Below are positions 19,381 through 28,456 of a DNA stretch of 64,000 nucleotides, piece by piece. Both the position numbers and the translations under genes were made by a program. This stretch comes from Flavobacteriaceae bacterium (GTDB lineage: Bacteria > Bacteroidota > Bacteroidia > Flavobacteriales > Flavobacteriaceae). The stretch is from assembly GCA_947446635.1 (NCBI GenBank), contig CANFHF010000009.1, positions 494-64,493 on the forward strand, written 5' to 3'. The notes beneath the pieces are model-generated. The model was not told the origin of the DNA. It did not search any database and worked only from the letters and a program-made list of their open reading frames with translations. Position 1 is the stretch's first letter; the number at the start of each line of letters is the position of its first letter.

Positions 19381-19848
19381 TTAGATTTCAACTAAATTTC
19401 GGTAGTCATATTTTTGATAATTAGCTGTCTTTTGTTTTTCTTTATTCAACTCAATGAGTTCGTTCTTAATTTGAACTCTATACCAATGTTCAGGTTTAGT
19501 ATGCGAAAAAGCACTAAGCTTCAATACCACTTCTGCATTTAATTTTCTTTCACCCGAAAGATATTTTTGAAGATTACTATCTCGCATTTCAAAATAAGTT
19601 GCCAATTTCTTTTTGGTCAAATTAAGTGCCTTCAAATACATCTTAACGAAGTCAAGAATTTTCAGCACTTCTTCGTCATCACTATCATTTTGAATATAAT
19701 CTTCTAATTTATATTGAATTGAAAGTAATTTATTGGTCAACAACCGTTCTTTGGATTGCTTAGCAGAGTGGGAACTTATAAATTCCTTTACTCCTTCTTT
19801 CTTTTTATCATTCCAAATTTCTTCAAACTGAATTTCTTTATTTTTCAT
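19381..19848 (-). CDS. XRE-family HTH protein, HigA/VapI antitoxin-like
   Basis: LTKKKLATYFEMRDSNLQKYLSGERKLNAEVVLKLS...PEHWYRVQ matches the HigA HTH and its W..Q C-terminal signature; ATGA overlap with the upstream gene. Confidence 0.75.
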   Translation of the reverse strand: MKNKEIQFEEIWNDKKKEGVKEFISSHSAKQSKERLLTNKLLSIQYKLEDYIQNDSDDEEVLKILDFVKMYLKALNLTKKKLATYFEMRDSNLQKYLSGERKLNAEVVLKLSAFSHTKPEHWYRVQIKNELIELNKEKQKTANYQKYDYRNLVEI

Positions 19849-20372
19849 AATCCGTTATAATTTAAAAATTCATTTATTAATTTTTCACCACCTTCTGGAG
19901 GTATAACCATAGTTCTTGTTTCTCCGTATCGCAAAGCATTATATTTAGTTGAATATAGTGCCATTAATTTTATTTCATCTGCTTTATCTTCTTCAAAAAC
20001 ATCAAATGCGAGCCAGCCTTTATAATCATCGTTTCCTTTCATAAAACTTAATCTACATGCAAAAGAAATGAGACAACCAGCAACCCTTTCATTCTCTTTA
20101 TTTTTACCTTGATTATGTGGTGCCGCTTCAACAAATGCCATATAAGGTTCGGTTTTGTCTTTCATCTCAAAAATCAAACAACCTTCAACAATCTTTGGTG
20201 TTTCTTCTTTCACAAGAACATAAATTTCAAAACCTTTGTTTTTACTATGCTTATTGAAATTAAATCGCCAACCATTAGCGAAAGAAGGAAGCACTATTTT
20301 AAAAGATTTTGAATCTAAAATTCGAGCATCTATTAATGTGTTGTTGCTAATCTTTAGAATCTTTACCTTCAT
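19845..20372 (-). CDS. Putative GNAT-fold acetyltransferase (candidate toxin)
   Basis: GCLIFE...YMAFVEAAPHNQG...VAGCLISFAC...WLAFD...LYSTKYNA resembles GNAT motifs A and B. Confidence 0.55.
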   Translation of the reverse strand: MKVKILKISNNTLIDARILDSKSFKIVLPSFANGWRFNFNKHSKNKGFEIYVLVKEETPKIVEGCLIFEMKDKTEPYMAFVEAAPHNQGKNKENERVAGCLISFACRLSFMKGNDDYKGWLAFDVFEEDKADEIKLMALYSTKYNALRYGETRTMVIPPEGGEKLINEFLNYNGL

Positions 20373-20393
20373 TCAGACTTTTTTTATCTAAAG

Positions 20394-20428
20394 CAAATAT
20401 ACAAATTAATTATACAATTTGTATAATT
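20394..20428 (-). promoter_or_regulatory. -7 box (TATATTTG, 20394-20401) plus perfect palindrome AATTATACAA-T-TTGTATAATT (20408-20428)
   Basis: Seen directly, immediately upstream of the GNAT-HigA operon. Confidence 0.65.
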
Positions 20429-20822
20429 TAATTTTTAGTTAAATTTCTACAAACTAAAAATCATTTATCAACTATCTTTCATTATTGATTTTAACTTTGA
20501 TTTACTTTACCAAAAAACGTTTTTAACGAAATTGCACATCAAGACAGGTTTTTTACAAAGCATGGGATACCAGAAATCGGAGAAGGTTACGTTGGGTAAT
20601 TATATTGATAAAGTTGAGGTGGTGAGGGAAGTGAATAGACAGGGATTTTCTTATTTTGGGGTTAACTTTTCATGCCAAAAAATGAGCCCAACAAAATTAT
20701 GTTGAGCTCATTAGTTTTGATTCCAATAGAATAAAGGAATTATTCTCTAGTTTGAGTTTAAATCATACTTATATTTTGATGACAACTTACAAAAGTCTAA
20801 ATTTTTTCAAAATAAATAACTA

Positions 20823-21029
20823 TCATTTTGTTGAAGCCATTCGAATGAAAAAACAATATACCAATATTAACCAAATGGAATGATTAAATGGTAATATAGA
20901 ATACAAAAAAGGATACCTTGCCCTTCTTCCTGATATATACATTTGTTCTCCTTGTGTAGTTTGAAAATAAGAAACAACACAGGCAATTAAGTAAAAAATT
21001 ATCCCTAATATGTAATATACTATTTTCAT
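20823..21029 (-). CDS. Small membrane protein (68 aa)
   Basis: Two hydrophobic segments; ATGA-coupled to the upstream 58-aa HTH ORF. Confidence 0.55.
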   Translation of the reverse strand: MKIVYYILGIIFYLIACVVSYFQTTQGEQMYISGRRARYPFLYSILPFNHSIWLILVYCFFIRMASTK

Positions 21030-21202
21030 TTTTTTAAATATTCATATATTCTACTTTCACTTAGCCCCAATTTTTTAGCAATTTCAGCAACCGTTAAACC
21101 TTTAGTTTTGAGTTCTTGAGCCCTTTTTGATTTATTCAATATTTCTTCGCTTTTAATATTGGTATAAATTCCTGATTTTGAATCCCAATTTTTTCCACTC
21201 AT
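21026..21202 (-). CDS. Small HTH protein (58 aa), absent from the supplied ORF track
   Basis: Hand translation gives MSGKNWDSKSGIYTNIKSEEILNKSKRAQELKTKGLTVAEIAKKLGLSESRIYEYLKK*, with a C-terminal G-T-EIA-KLG-S----Y-YL HTH. Confidence 0.75.
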   Translation of the reverse strand: MSGKNWDSKSGIYTNIKSEEILNKSKRAQELKTKGLTVAEIAKKLGLSESRIYEYLKK

Positions 21203-21244
21203 ATTGTTTTTAAAATTTAATTATTATGATTGCAAATAGTTTTT

Positions 21245-21775
21245 TTATTTTGTTTTCTTTTTCTTGGAATTTTCTCTAGCGATTTTCTCTTTTTCTAATT
21301 TTTCTTTTTCTAATTTTTCTTTTTCTAATTTTTCTTTTTCGGCTAATATCAATTCCATTTGAATCAACTTGTTTTTTAAATCCTCATTTTCTTGTTTTAA
21401 TTTAGTTTTTTTGAATTTATTCAAGATGCTATTTGGGTTATTTTCTTCTTCAATTCTCTCTTTTTCTAATTGTTCCTTTTCTCGTTCTTCTTTCGCTTCT
21501 TTTTCAATCCTATTTTGATTGTCTATTACTGCTTGAGCAGCATTAACTTGTGCTCTAGCTTGGATTTGAGCAGCTTCAATTTGCGATTTTCTTTGAGCAT
21601 TAGCTTGGATTGCTTGGATTGTTTGATTGGCTGAATTTCTAATATTATCTGCTGCTGTATTAGTTTGTTCTACGTGGTATATTGTTCTTCCAGTAGCTGA
21701 GCTTGGAGTAATTGTATAAGATTGAGCAATTACCGCAAAAGGAAACAAAATAAAAAGTAAAGTATATTTTTTCAT
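21245..21775 (-). CDS. Secreted coiled-coil hypothetical protein
   Basis: Signal peptide MKKYTLLFILFPFAVIAQ; Q/A-rich then E/K-rich helical body. Confidence 0.7.
   Translation of the reverse strand: MKKYTLLFILFPFAVIAQSYTITPSSATGRTIYHVEQTNTAADNIRNSANQTIQAIQANAQRKSQIEAAQIQARAQVNAAQAVIDNQNRIEKEAKEEREKEQLEKERIEEENNPNSILNKFKKTKLKQENEDLKNKLIQMELILAEKEKLEKEKLEKEKLEKEKIARENSKKKKTK
21291..21340. repeat. 15-bp tandem repeat (TTTTCTAATTTTTCT x3.3) encoding EKEKL
   Basis: Seen directly within the 176-aa ORF. Confidence 0.85.
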
Positions 21776-21782
21776 AATAAAT

Positions 21783-22598
21783 TTATTTTTTAGGATATAA
21801 TCTTAATAATTTCATATCATCCTTTTTAATATTTTCACCTTTTAATTCAATACTAACTAGACCTCCCTCTAAATTTGCAAATGTTTCTATCGAAGTTTTA
21901 TCTCCCATAAAAAACTTAGTTGAAAAAACGCCCTCAGCAGCGGTACTTTCAAAAATTGCTTTCACATCTCCTTTTTTCCATTGGAGGTAATCACTTTCAA
22001 TTATTATCGCTTTATATAAATCTCCATCTTTAAATATCCCTAATTTATAATTGGAATCCGATTGATAAGTTTTATATATACCTTCAATATCATCTATTTT
22101 TGTTGAATCAAAATAGGCTTTTAATTCATTTTCGTTTTTAGATATATTTTCTACTGTTGGAAACTCTCCCAACGATGTTAATTTTTCATCATAAGCATAA
22201 GTTGGGTTTTGGTCTAATTTTTCAAAAATTTGCAACAAAGCATCAGCATAATTTCTACCTTTAACATAAATGCTTTTTATTTTTTCCGCTTTGCAATTTA
22301 TAAATTCAATATACATATATTTTTCATTTTTTTCTACTTTAACAAATAGCCCCAAACACATATTAAATTTTAATTCTCTAGGTTTTTCAGTATCCAATCC
22401 TTTTATTACAATCATATTTTTTTTAGTAAAGTAATCCGATACTTGTTCACTAATTTTAAAATAGTCGTCTATATATTCATCGCTAGAATTAAATAAATTA
22501 CTTACTACAATATATTTATATCCATTAAACTCTTGAGCAAAATTTATGTTTGATGATAATAATATTACCAGTATTGAGATTTTTTGTATTAGTTTCAT
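21783..22598 (-). CDS. Secreted hypothetical protein (271 aa)
   Basis: Signal peptide ending NFAQ; no family confidently recognised. Confidence 0.7.
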   Translation of the reverse strand: MKLIQKISILVILLSSNINFAQEFNGYKYIVVSNLFNSSDEYIDDYFKISEQVSDYFTKKNMIVIKGLDTEKPRELKFNMCLGLFVKVEKNEKYMYIEFINCKAEKIKSIYVKGRNYADALLQIFEKLDQNPTYAYDEKLTSLGEFPTVENISKNENELKAYFDSTKIDDIEGIYKTYQSDSNYKLGIFKDGDLYKAIIIESDYLQWKKGDVKAIFESTAAEGVFSTKFFMGDKTSIETFANLEGGLVSIELKGENIKKDDMKLLRLYPKK

Positions 22599-22813
22599 AA
22601 TTTAAATTTTAAATGCGGTCAAATGATTTTAAATATTCATACTAAATTGAACTTCTGTTAAAATAGAACTTTGTTAGTCAATTCAAAGATATATTTTTTT
22701 ATTGTTTGTTTTCGGACTAATTTAGACTTTTGCACTAAAAATATATAAGTGGAGCTTCATTATTTACACTCAAACCATCAAAAAGCCACCCAATATCGCC
22801 ACCTAGACTCCAT

Positions 22814-22840
22814 AAAAAAAGCCTTACATTGCTGTAAGGC
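22814..22840 (-). terminator. Terminator of tRNA-Ala
   Basis: GCCTTACA-GCAA-TGTAAGGC followed by T7 on the minus strand. Confidence 0.8.
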
Positions 22841-22854
22841 CTTGATAATCAAAG

Positions 22855-22928
22855 TGGAGAATATCGGATTCGAACCGACCACCTCTTGCCTGCCAGGCAA
22901 GCGCTCTAGCCAAATGAGCTAATCCCCC
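22855..22928 (-). tRNA. tRNA-Ala(GGC)
   Basis: GGGGGATTAGCTCATTTGGCTAGAGCG-CTTGC-CTGGCAG-GCAAG-AGGTGGTCGGTTCGAATCCGATATTCTCCA; cloverleaf with anticodon GGC. Confidence 0.96.
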
Positions 22929-22938
22929 AATCTTGCCG

Positions 22939-22946
22939 CAAATATA
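22939..22946 (-). promoter_or_regulatory. -7 promoter box of tRNA-Ala
   Basis: TATATTTG 11 nt upstream of the tRNA 5' end. Confidence 0.7.
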
Positions 22947-23054
22947 CTATATAATTAAAGTAAAATCAAAATTTCAAAAAACAATAACACGCTATTCAAA
23001 AAAAAATGAGCTGATTTCCTTAATATTTTTAACTTTACATCAAAATCTGTGTAA

Positions 23055-23822
23055 ATGCTATCACAAAACCCAAGCGGCCTACTGCTCACGACAATCGAAA
23101 ACAACATTGCCACCCTCGAGTTTGGGCATCCGGCGAGTAATTCTTTTCCGAGTGATTTGCTGAACCGCTTGACCAACGAACTCCAGGCTTTAAGCACTAA
23201 TCCTGCTGTTTCGGTGATTGTTTTAAAAAGCAGTGGAACGGGAGCATTTTGTGCAGGGGCTTCTTTGGATGAACTTTTGGCCGTGACTAATTTGGCTGAA
23301 GCCACTGAATTTTTCTCTGGATTTGCCAATGTGATAAATGCTATGCGCCGCTGTTCGAAAATAATAGTGGGAAGAATTCATGGAAAAGCCGTGGGTGGGG
23401 GAGTAGGAATCGTGGCGGCTTGCGACTATGCCTTGGCCACTAACGAAAGCGCCCTAAAATTGCCGGAATTGGCTATCGGAATTGGGCCTTTTGTGATCGA
23501 ACCCGCCATCACTAGAAAAATAGGAAAAAGCGCTGTGGCCGAAATGGCTTTGGCCCCTCAGGAATGGAATACGGCGGAATGGGCTCTCCAAAAAGGACTG
23601 TACGCTAACGTATTTGAAAACGCGGACGCATTGGACACGGCCTTGGCTCTTTTTGTCTCAAAATTAGCCAAGAACAATCTCGAAGCGCTCACCGAATTAA
23701 AAAAAACACTTTGGGAAGGCACCGAAAAATGGGACACCTTGCTCTATGAAAGAGCTGCCATTTCCGGAAAACTCGTCCTCTCCGATTTTACCAAAAATGC
23801 CTTACGCCAAATTAATAAATAA
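23055..23822 (+). CDS. Enoyl-CoA hydratase/isomerase family protein
   Basis: AFCAGASLDEL, HGKAVGGGVGIVAACDY, LPELAIG crotonase motifs. Confidence 0.93.
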   Translation: MLSQNPSGLLLTTIENNIATLEFGHPASNSFPSDLLNRLTNELQALSTNPAVSVIVLKSSGTGAFCAGASLDELLAVTNLAEATEFFSGFANVINAMRRCSKIIVGRIHGKAVGGGVGIVAACDYALATNESALKLPELAIGIGPFVIEPAITRKIGKSAVAEMALAPQEWNTAEWALQKGLYANVFENADALDTALALFVSKLAKNNLEALTELKKTLWEGTEKWDTLLYERAAISGKLVLSDFTKNALRQINK

Positions 23823-23823
23823 A

Positions 23824-24276
23824 ATGAGCCAAATCAGAATTACCAAGCAGTTTAGTTTCGAAACCGGTCACGCCTTGTATGGCTATGACGGCAAGTGCAA
23901 AAATGTGCATGGCCACAGTTATAAATTGTCGGTTACCGTAATTGGGACGCCCATATTAGACCGAAACAACGTAAAATTTGGGATGGTGATTGATTTTACT
24001 GATTTAAAGAAAATTGTCAAAGAGGAAATTGTGGACCAGTTTGACCACGCCACAGTTTTCAACGAAACCACGCCTCATATTGAGTTGGCAAAAGAATTAA
24101 AATCGCGCGGACATCATGTAATTTTAGTTGATTACCAACCCACTAGCGAAAATATGGTAGTTGATTTTTCGAAACGCATCATCAGCCGATTGCCCGAAAA
24201 TATTGGTCTTTTTTCCTTGAAACTACAGGAAACGGAATCTTCTTTCGCCGAATGGTTCGCCAGTGACAATTTATAA
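23824..24276 (+). CDS. queD: 6-carboxytetrahydropterin synthase / PTPS family
   Basis: FETGHAL, CKNVHGHSY, VIDF, FDHA, PTSEN, LQETE. Start placed at ATG 23824. Confidence 0.9.
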   Translation: MSQIRITKQFSFETGHALYGYDGKCKNVHGHSYKLSVTVIGTPILDRNNVKFGMVIDFTDLKKIVKEEIVDQFDHATVFNETTPHIELAKELKSRGHHVILVDYQPTSENMVVDFSKRIISRLPENIGLFSLKLQETESSFAEWFASDNL

Positions 24277-24299
24277 TTCAAAATCCCTACTTTAGCTTT

Positions 24300-25052
24300 A
24301 TGCAAATCACGCCCAACAAAAAAATATATTTTGCCTCCGACCAGCATTTTGGTGCGCCAACTCCCGAATTGAGTTTTCCAAGAGAACAAAAATTTGTGAC
24401 TTGGCTTGACGAAATAAAAGGGGATGCCGAAGCCATTTTTCTGTTAGGGGATTTATTCGACTTTTGGTTTGAATACAAAACCGTGGTACCTAAAGGATTT
24501 GTTCGGATTTTAGGAAAACTAGCCGAAATTCGAGACAGCGGCATTCCTATCTATTTCTTTGTGGGCAACCATGATTTGTGGATGAGTGATTATTTCGAAA
24601 AAGAATTGAACATCCCGGTGTATCACGATAATCAAGAATATACGTTCAACGGAAAAACGTTTCTTATCGGTCATGGCGACGGCAAAGGCCCTGGCGACAA
24701 GGGTTACAAACGCATGAAAAAAGTATTCACCCATCCGTTTTCAAAATTGGTGTTTCGATGGCTTCATCCTGATATTGGCGTGAAACTGGCGCAATACCTT
24801 TCGGTAAAAAACAAACTTATCTCCGGAGCTGAAGACGTGAAATTCCTTGGCGAAGAAAACGAATGGCTCGTCTTGTATTCAAAAAGAAAACTGGAAACCC
24901 AACACTACAATTATTTTGTTTTCGGACACCGTCATTTGCCTATGAAACTTCCTATTGGAGAAAACTCCGAGTATGTGAATCTTGGTGATTGGATAGACTA
25001 TTTTACCTATGGTGTTTTTGACGGCGAGACTTTTGAATTGAAGAAATTGTAA
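24300..25052 (+). CDS. lpxH: UDP-2,3-diacylglucosamine diphosphatase
   Basis: SDQH, GDLFDFW, GNHD, HGDG, FGHRH, NLGDW metallophosphoesterase motifs. Confidence 0.88.
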   Translation: MQITPNKKIYFASDQHFGAPTPELSFPREQKFVTWLDEIKGDAEAIFLLGDLFDFWFEYKTVVPKGFVRILGKLAEIRDSGIPIYFFVGNHDLWMSDYFEKELNIPVYHDNQEYTFNGKTFLIGHGDGKGPGDKGYKRMKKVFTHPFSKLVFRWLHPDIGVKLAQYLSVKNKLISGAEDVKFLGEENEWLVLYSKRKLETQHYNYFVFGHRHLPMKLPIGENSEYVNLGDWIDYFTYGVFDGETFELKKL

Positions 25053-26321
25053 TCACTCCTGATTTTCATGTTCGTCCAAGTCTTTTTGCAAGTCTAGATT
25101 TCTAAATGCCGGCAATTTGATTCCAGTAAAAATAACAACCAAAAGGGTCATGCTGCCGCCAAAAACAACTGCGGTAACTGTGCCCATGAGCTTGGCGGTC
25201 AATCCACTTTCGAAAGCGCCCAGCTCATTCGAAGACCCCACAAATATGGAGTTTACTGCTGCCACACGCCCTCGCATGGCATCTGGGGTTTTCAATTGCA
25301 GAATCGTTTGACGGATGACCACCGAAATCCCGTCGGCAACACCACTCAAAAATAAAGCGAGTACCGAAATCCAAAACACGGTGGAAATTCCAAAAATGAT
25401 GATGCAAACCCCAAAGGCAAAAATGGCGCCTAAAAGTTTTATGCCCGCATCTTTATATAAAGGTACGTGAGCCGAAATAAACATCGTTAACAAAGAACCG
25501 ATCGCTGGTGCCGCTCTTAAAAAACCAAAACCTTCGGGTCCCACTTTTAAAATATCTTGGGCAAATATGGGCAAAAGCGCCACCGCTCCTCCAAAAAGCA
25601 CGGCAACCATATCGAGCGACAAAGCGCCTAAAATGGTCTTATTGTAGTAAACAAACTTTACGCCTTCTTTCAAACTCTCCATTATAGGTTCCCCAATTTT
25701 AGGATTTAAGATGGGTTTGGTTTCTATTTGGGTTAAAGCGAGGAGTGACAAAAGTGAACACACCACCACGAAAGCCATTGACCAGTGAATTCCGATCAAA
25801 GTGATTGAAAAACCAGCTAATGCAGGACCTACAACAGCTGCCGTTTGCCATACCGAGCTGCTCCAGGTCGCAGCGTTGGGATACACTTTTTTAGGGACAA
25901 TCAAGGACAAAAGCGAAAAAATGGTGGGCCCTAGAAAGGCACGAACCAATCCACCCAAAAACACCAAAAAGTATATGCCATATAAAATTTTGTTGATTGA
26001 AAGGCCGGATGTAATTCTGGGCCAAGTCAACAAAAACATGCCAAAACTGATTGCCGAAAAAGCCAAAATACATTTAAAAAGCATGTCTTTCTTTTCGTTT
26101 TGGTCGACAATATGCCCTGCAAATAGAGCCATCGCAATGGCCGGAATCACTTCCATTAATCCAATAATTCCTAGTGAAAGGGGATTTTTGGTCATGCTGT
26201 AGACAACCCATTCAATTACGATAAATTGCATCGACCAGGCAAAAACCATGGCGAAACGCAACACTAAAAACATGTTGAATTCTTTATAACGCAAAGCGGC
26301 GTAGGGGTCTTTTATCTTCAT
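25053..26321 (-). CDS. MFS transporter (MFS_3/EntS-like)
   Basis: About 12 hydrophobic segments; LDMVAVLFGG, RGRVAAVN, SSNELGAFESG. Confidence 0.9.
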   Translation of the reverse strand: MKIKDPYAALRYKEFNMFLVLRFAMVFAWSMQFIVIEWVVYSMTKNPLSLGIIGLMEVIPAIAMALFAGHIVDQNEKKDMLFKCILAFSAISFGMFLLTWPRITSGLSINKILYGIYFLVFLGGLVRAFLGPTIFSLLSLIVPKKVYPNAATWSSSVWQTAAVVGPALAGFSITLIGIHWSMAFVVVCSLLSLLALTQIETKPILNPKIGEPIMESLKEGVKFVYYNKTILGALSLDMVAVLFGGAVALLPIFAQDILKVGPEGFGFLRAAPAIGSLLTMFISAHVPLYKDAGIKLLGAIFAFGVCIIIFGISTVFWISVLALFLSGVADGISVVIRQTILQLKTPDAMRGRVAAVNSIFVGSSNELGAFESGLTAKLMGTVTAVVFGGSMTLLVVIFTGIKLPAFRNLDLQKDLDEHENQE

Positions 26322-26328
26322 TTGATAA

Positions 26329-28023
26329 TTATGGCTTAATATCTTTCAATCGCAATTGAACGGAAGTTTTTCCATTCCATTCGTTTTCGTCAATACAATA
26401 TACCGCTTCAAACGATTTTTTATCGGTTGTCATTTCCATTTTGTTGCCAAGTCCAAATCCAATGGCAGCCATCCCTTCGGAGTTGTCTTGTCTCACAAAA
26501 AGTTTTAAATGTTCTTCATTGGTCCCTAATTTTTGGGCATAGCCGGTGTCCTTCACGTTTTTTGTCAAGAAAACGGGCGTCATGTTTTGGGGGCCAAAAG
26601 GTTCGAATTGTTGGAGAATCCGTAGCAGTTTTGGAGTGATGTCAGAGAAATTTATTTCCGCATCAATTGAAATTTCGGGAGTTAAGCAATCGGGGTGAAT
26701 GGTTTCTTCGACCACTTTTTCGAAGGCATCCTTGAATGATTGGTAATTCTCTTGCAATAAAGTCATTCCGGCGGCATACATATGTCCGCCAAACTGCTCG
26801 AGATGTTCCGAACAACTTTCCAAGGCATTGTACACATCAAACCCTTTGACAGAGCGTGCCGAAGCGGCATATTTATCGCCACTTTTGGTAAAAACCAATG
26901 TTGGACGGTAATACGTTTCTATCAATCTCGAAGCCACAATACCAATTACGCCTTTGTGCCAATCTTCCTGAAAAACCACCGTTGTAAATCGCTCTTTCTC
27001 TAAATTTTCTTCAATTTGAAGCAGCGCTTCTTTGGTGATTTGTTTGTCCAAATCTTTTCTTTCGGAATTGTACGCCTCGATTTCCGACGCAAATTGTTGT
27101 GCTTGCTCAAAGTCAAATTCTGTCAACAATTCCACTGCATGATTGCCGTGTTTGATTCTTCCAGCGGCATTAATTCGTGGGGCTATGATAAAAACCACAT
27201 CGGTTATGTCTAAGGTTTTCTTTTTTATTTGATGAATCAAAGCCTTGATTCCGGGTCTTGGATCGGAGTTGATTACTTGCAATCCAAAATACGCCAATAT
27301 TCTGTTTTCGCCCGTCATCGGAACAATGTCGGCGGCAATTGCCGTTGCAACCAAATCCAGATAAGAAGTCAAATCTTCGATGGTTTGATTTCGGTTTTCG
27401 CCTAAGGCTTGAATCAATTTAAAACCAATTCCACAACCGCACAATTCATCATATGGATAACTACAATCCTCCCGTTTTGGATCTAAAACGGCCACAGCTT
27501 CTGGCAAAACGGCTCCCGGTCTGTGGTGGTCGCAAATGATAAAATCGATGTTTCGTTCTTTGGCATAGGCCACATGATCGATGGATTTAATCCCACAATC
27601 CAAGGCGATAATCAACGAAAAACCATTGTCGTCGGCATAATCAATTCCCTTGAAAGAGATGCCGTAGCCTTCGTCATAACGGTCGGGAATATACGTTGCA
27701 ATATTTGGGTAATACGTTTTTAAATAGGAGGAAACGAGCGAAACCGCCGTGGTTCCATCCACATCATAATCACCAAAAATCAGGATGCTTTCTTGGTTTT
27801 CAATTGCCAGTTCGATGCGTTTGACGGCTTTGTCCATATCTTTCATCAGATACGGATTGTGTAGATCGGCTAAAGTTGGTCTGAAAAACCGGCGTGCTTC
27901 CTCGAAAGTTTGAATACCACGCTGCACGAGCAGTGTTGCTACAAATTCTTCGACTTTTAAAGCCTGAGCAAGCCCTTTGACTTTGTCTTCCGAAGGTTTT
28001 GGTTTTAAGGTCCAACGCATCAT
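26329..28023 (-). CDS. recJ: Single-stranded DNA-specific exonuclease RecJ
   Basis: GDYDVDG, DCG, ICDHH (DHH), PRINAAGR, GGHMYAAG. Confidence 0.98.
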   Translation of the reverse strand: MMRWTLKPKPSEDKVKGLAQALKVEEFVATLLVQRGIQTFEEARRFFRPTLADLHNPYLMKDMDKAVKRIELAIENQESILIFGDYDVDGTTAVSLVSSYLKTYYPNIATYIPDRYDEGYGISFKGIDYADDNGFSLIIALDCGIKSIDHVAYAKERNIDFIICDHHRPGAVLPEAVAVLDPKREDCSYPYDELCGCGIGFKLIQALGENRNQTIEDLTSYLDLVATAIAADIVPMTGENRILAYFGLQVINSDPRPGIKALIHQIKKKTLDITDVVFIIAPRINAAGRIKHGNHAVELLTEFDFEQAQQFASEIEAYNSERKDLDKQITKEALLQIEENLEKERFTTVVFQEDWHKGVIGIVASRLIETYYRPTLVFTKSGDKYAASARSVKGFDVYNALESCSEHLEQFGGHMYAAGMTLLQENYQSFKDAFEKVVEETIHPDCLTPEISIDAEINFSDITPKLLRILQQFEPFGPQNMTPVFLTKNVKDTGYAQKLGTNEEHLKLFVRQDNSEGMAAIGFGLGNKMEMTTDKKSFEAVYCIDENEWNGKTSVQLRLKDIKP

Positions 28024-28240
28024 TAATTACGAATTGAGAATTAGAAAAGAGATTGAAGTGTTTAGACAAAAATAGTTTAAAACATTCAATAATTCTAAGA
28101 GATTCATTTCAAACTTTTTCAATTTTCCAACCACCTTAATTTCATACTTTAATACTAGCTCATGAATACAAATAGCCATACGATTTTAAAACAAAAAATC
28201 CCTAACTACTTATTTATAAAGTGATTAGGGAAATTTTTTG

Positions 28241-28313
28241 TGGTACCTCCAGGGATCGAACCAGGGACACATGGATTTTCAGTCCATTGCTCTACCATCT
28301 GAGCTAAGGTACC
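28241..28313 (-). tRNA. tRNA-Phe(GAA)
   Basis: GGTACCTTAGCTCAGATGGTAGAGCA-ATGGA-CTGAAAA-TCCAT-GTGTCCCTGGTTCGATCCCTGGAGGTACCA. Confidence 0.97.
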
Positions 28314-28374
28314 ATTGTTATTAGCTCACTAGACTTCTATTTTTAAAGGAGTTCGCTGAACTTGTTTGCGGGTG

Positions 28375-28382
28375 CAAATATA
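28375..28382 (-). promoter_or_regulatory. -7 promoter box of tRNA-Phe
   Basis: TATATTTG on the minus strand upstream of the tRNA. Confidence 0.6.
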
Positions 28383-28456
28383 GGATGATTTTTAATTTTT
28401 CCAAACTAAATTTTAAAAAAAATCAATTCGTACCTTCGCCTCGTTATATACAAATT

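Larger units (their letters stand above)
19048..22854. mobile_element. AT-rich accessory islet downstream of tRNA-Ala(GGC), no integrase present
   Basis: Orphan genes and a TA-like pair between core genes, abutting a tRNA 3' end, with short repeats at both edges. No duplicated tRNA end found, so the boundaries are approximate. Confidence 0.55.

Noticed and set aside
20501-20599. Short open frame FTLPKNVFNEIAHQDRFFTKHGIPEIGEGYVG in the islet spacer
   Set aside because: It has no start codon and no recognisable family; it could be a gene remnant, but I cannot support that.
22933-23329. ORFs 22933-23163 and 22955-23329 next to tRNA-Ala
   Set aside because: They overlap the tRNA promoter and lie antisense to the enoyl-CoA hydratase gene; no coding evidence.
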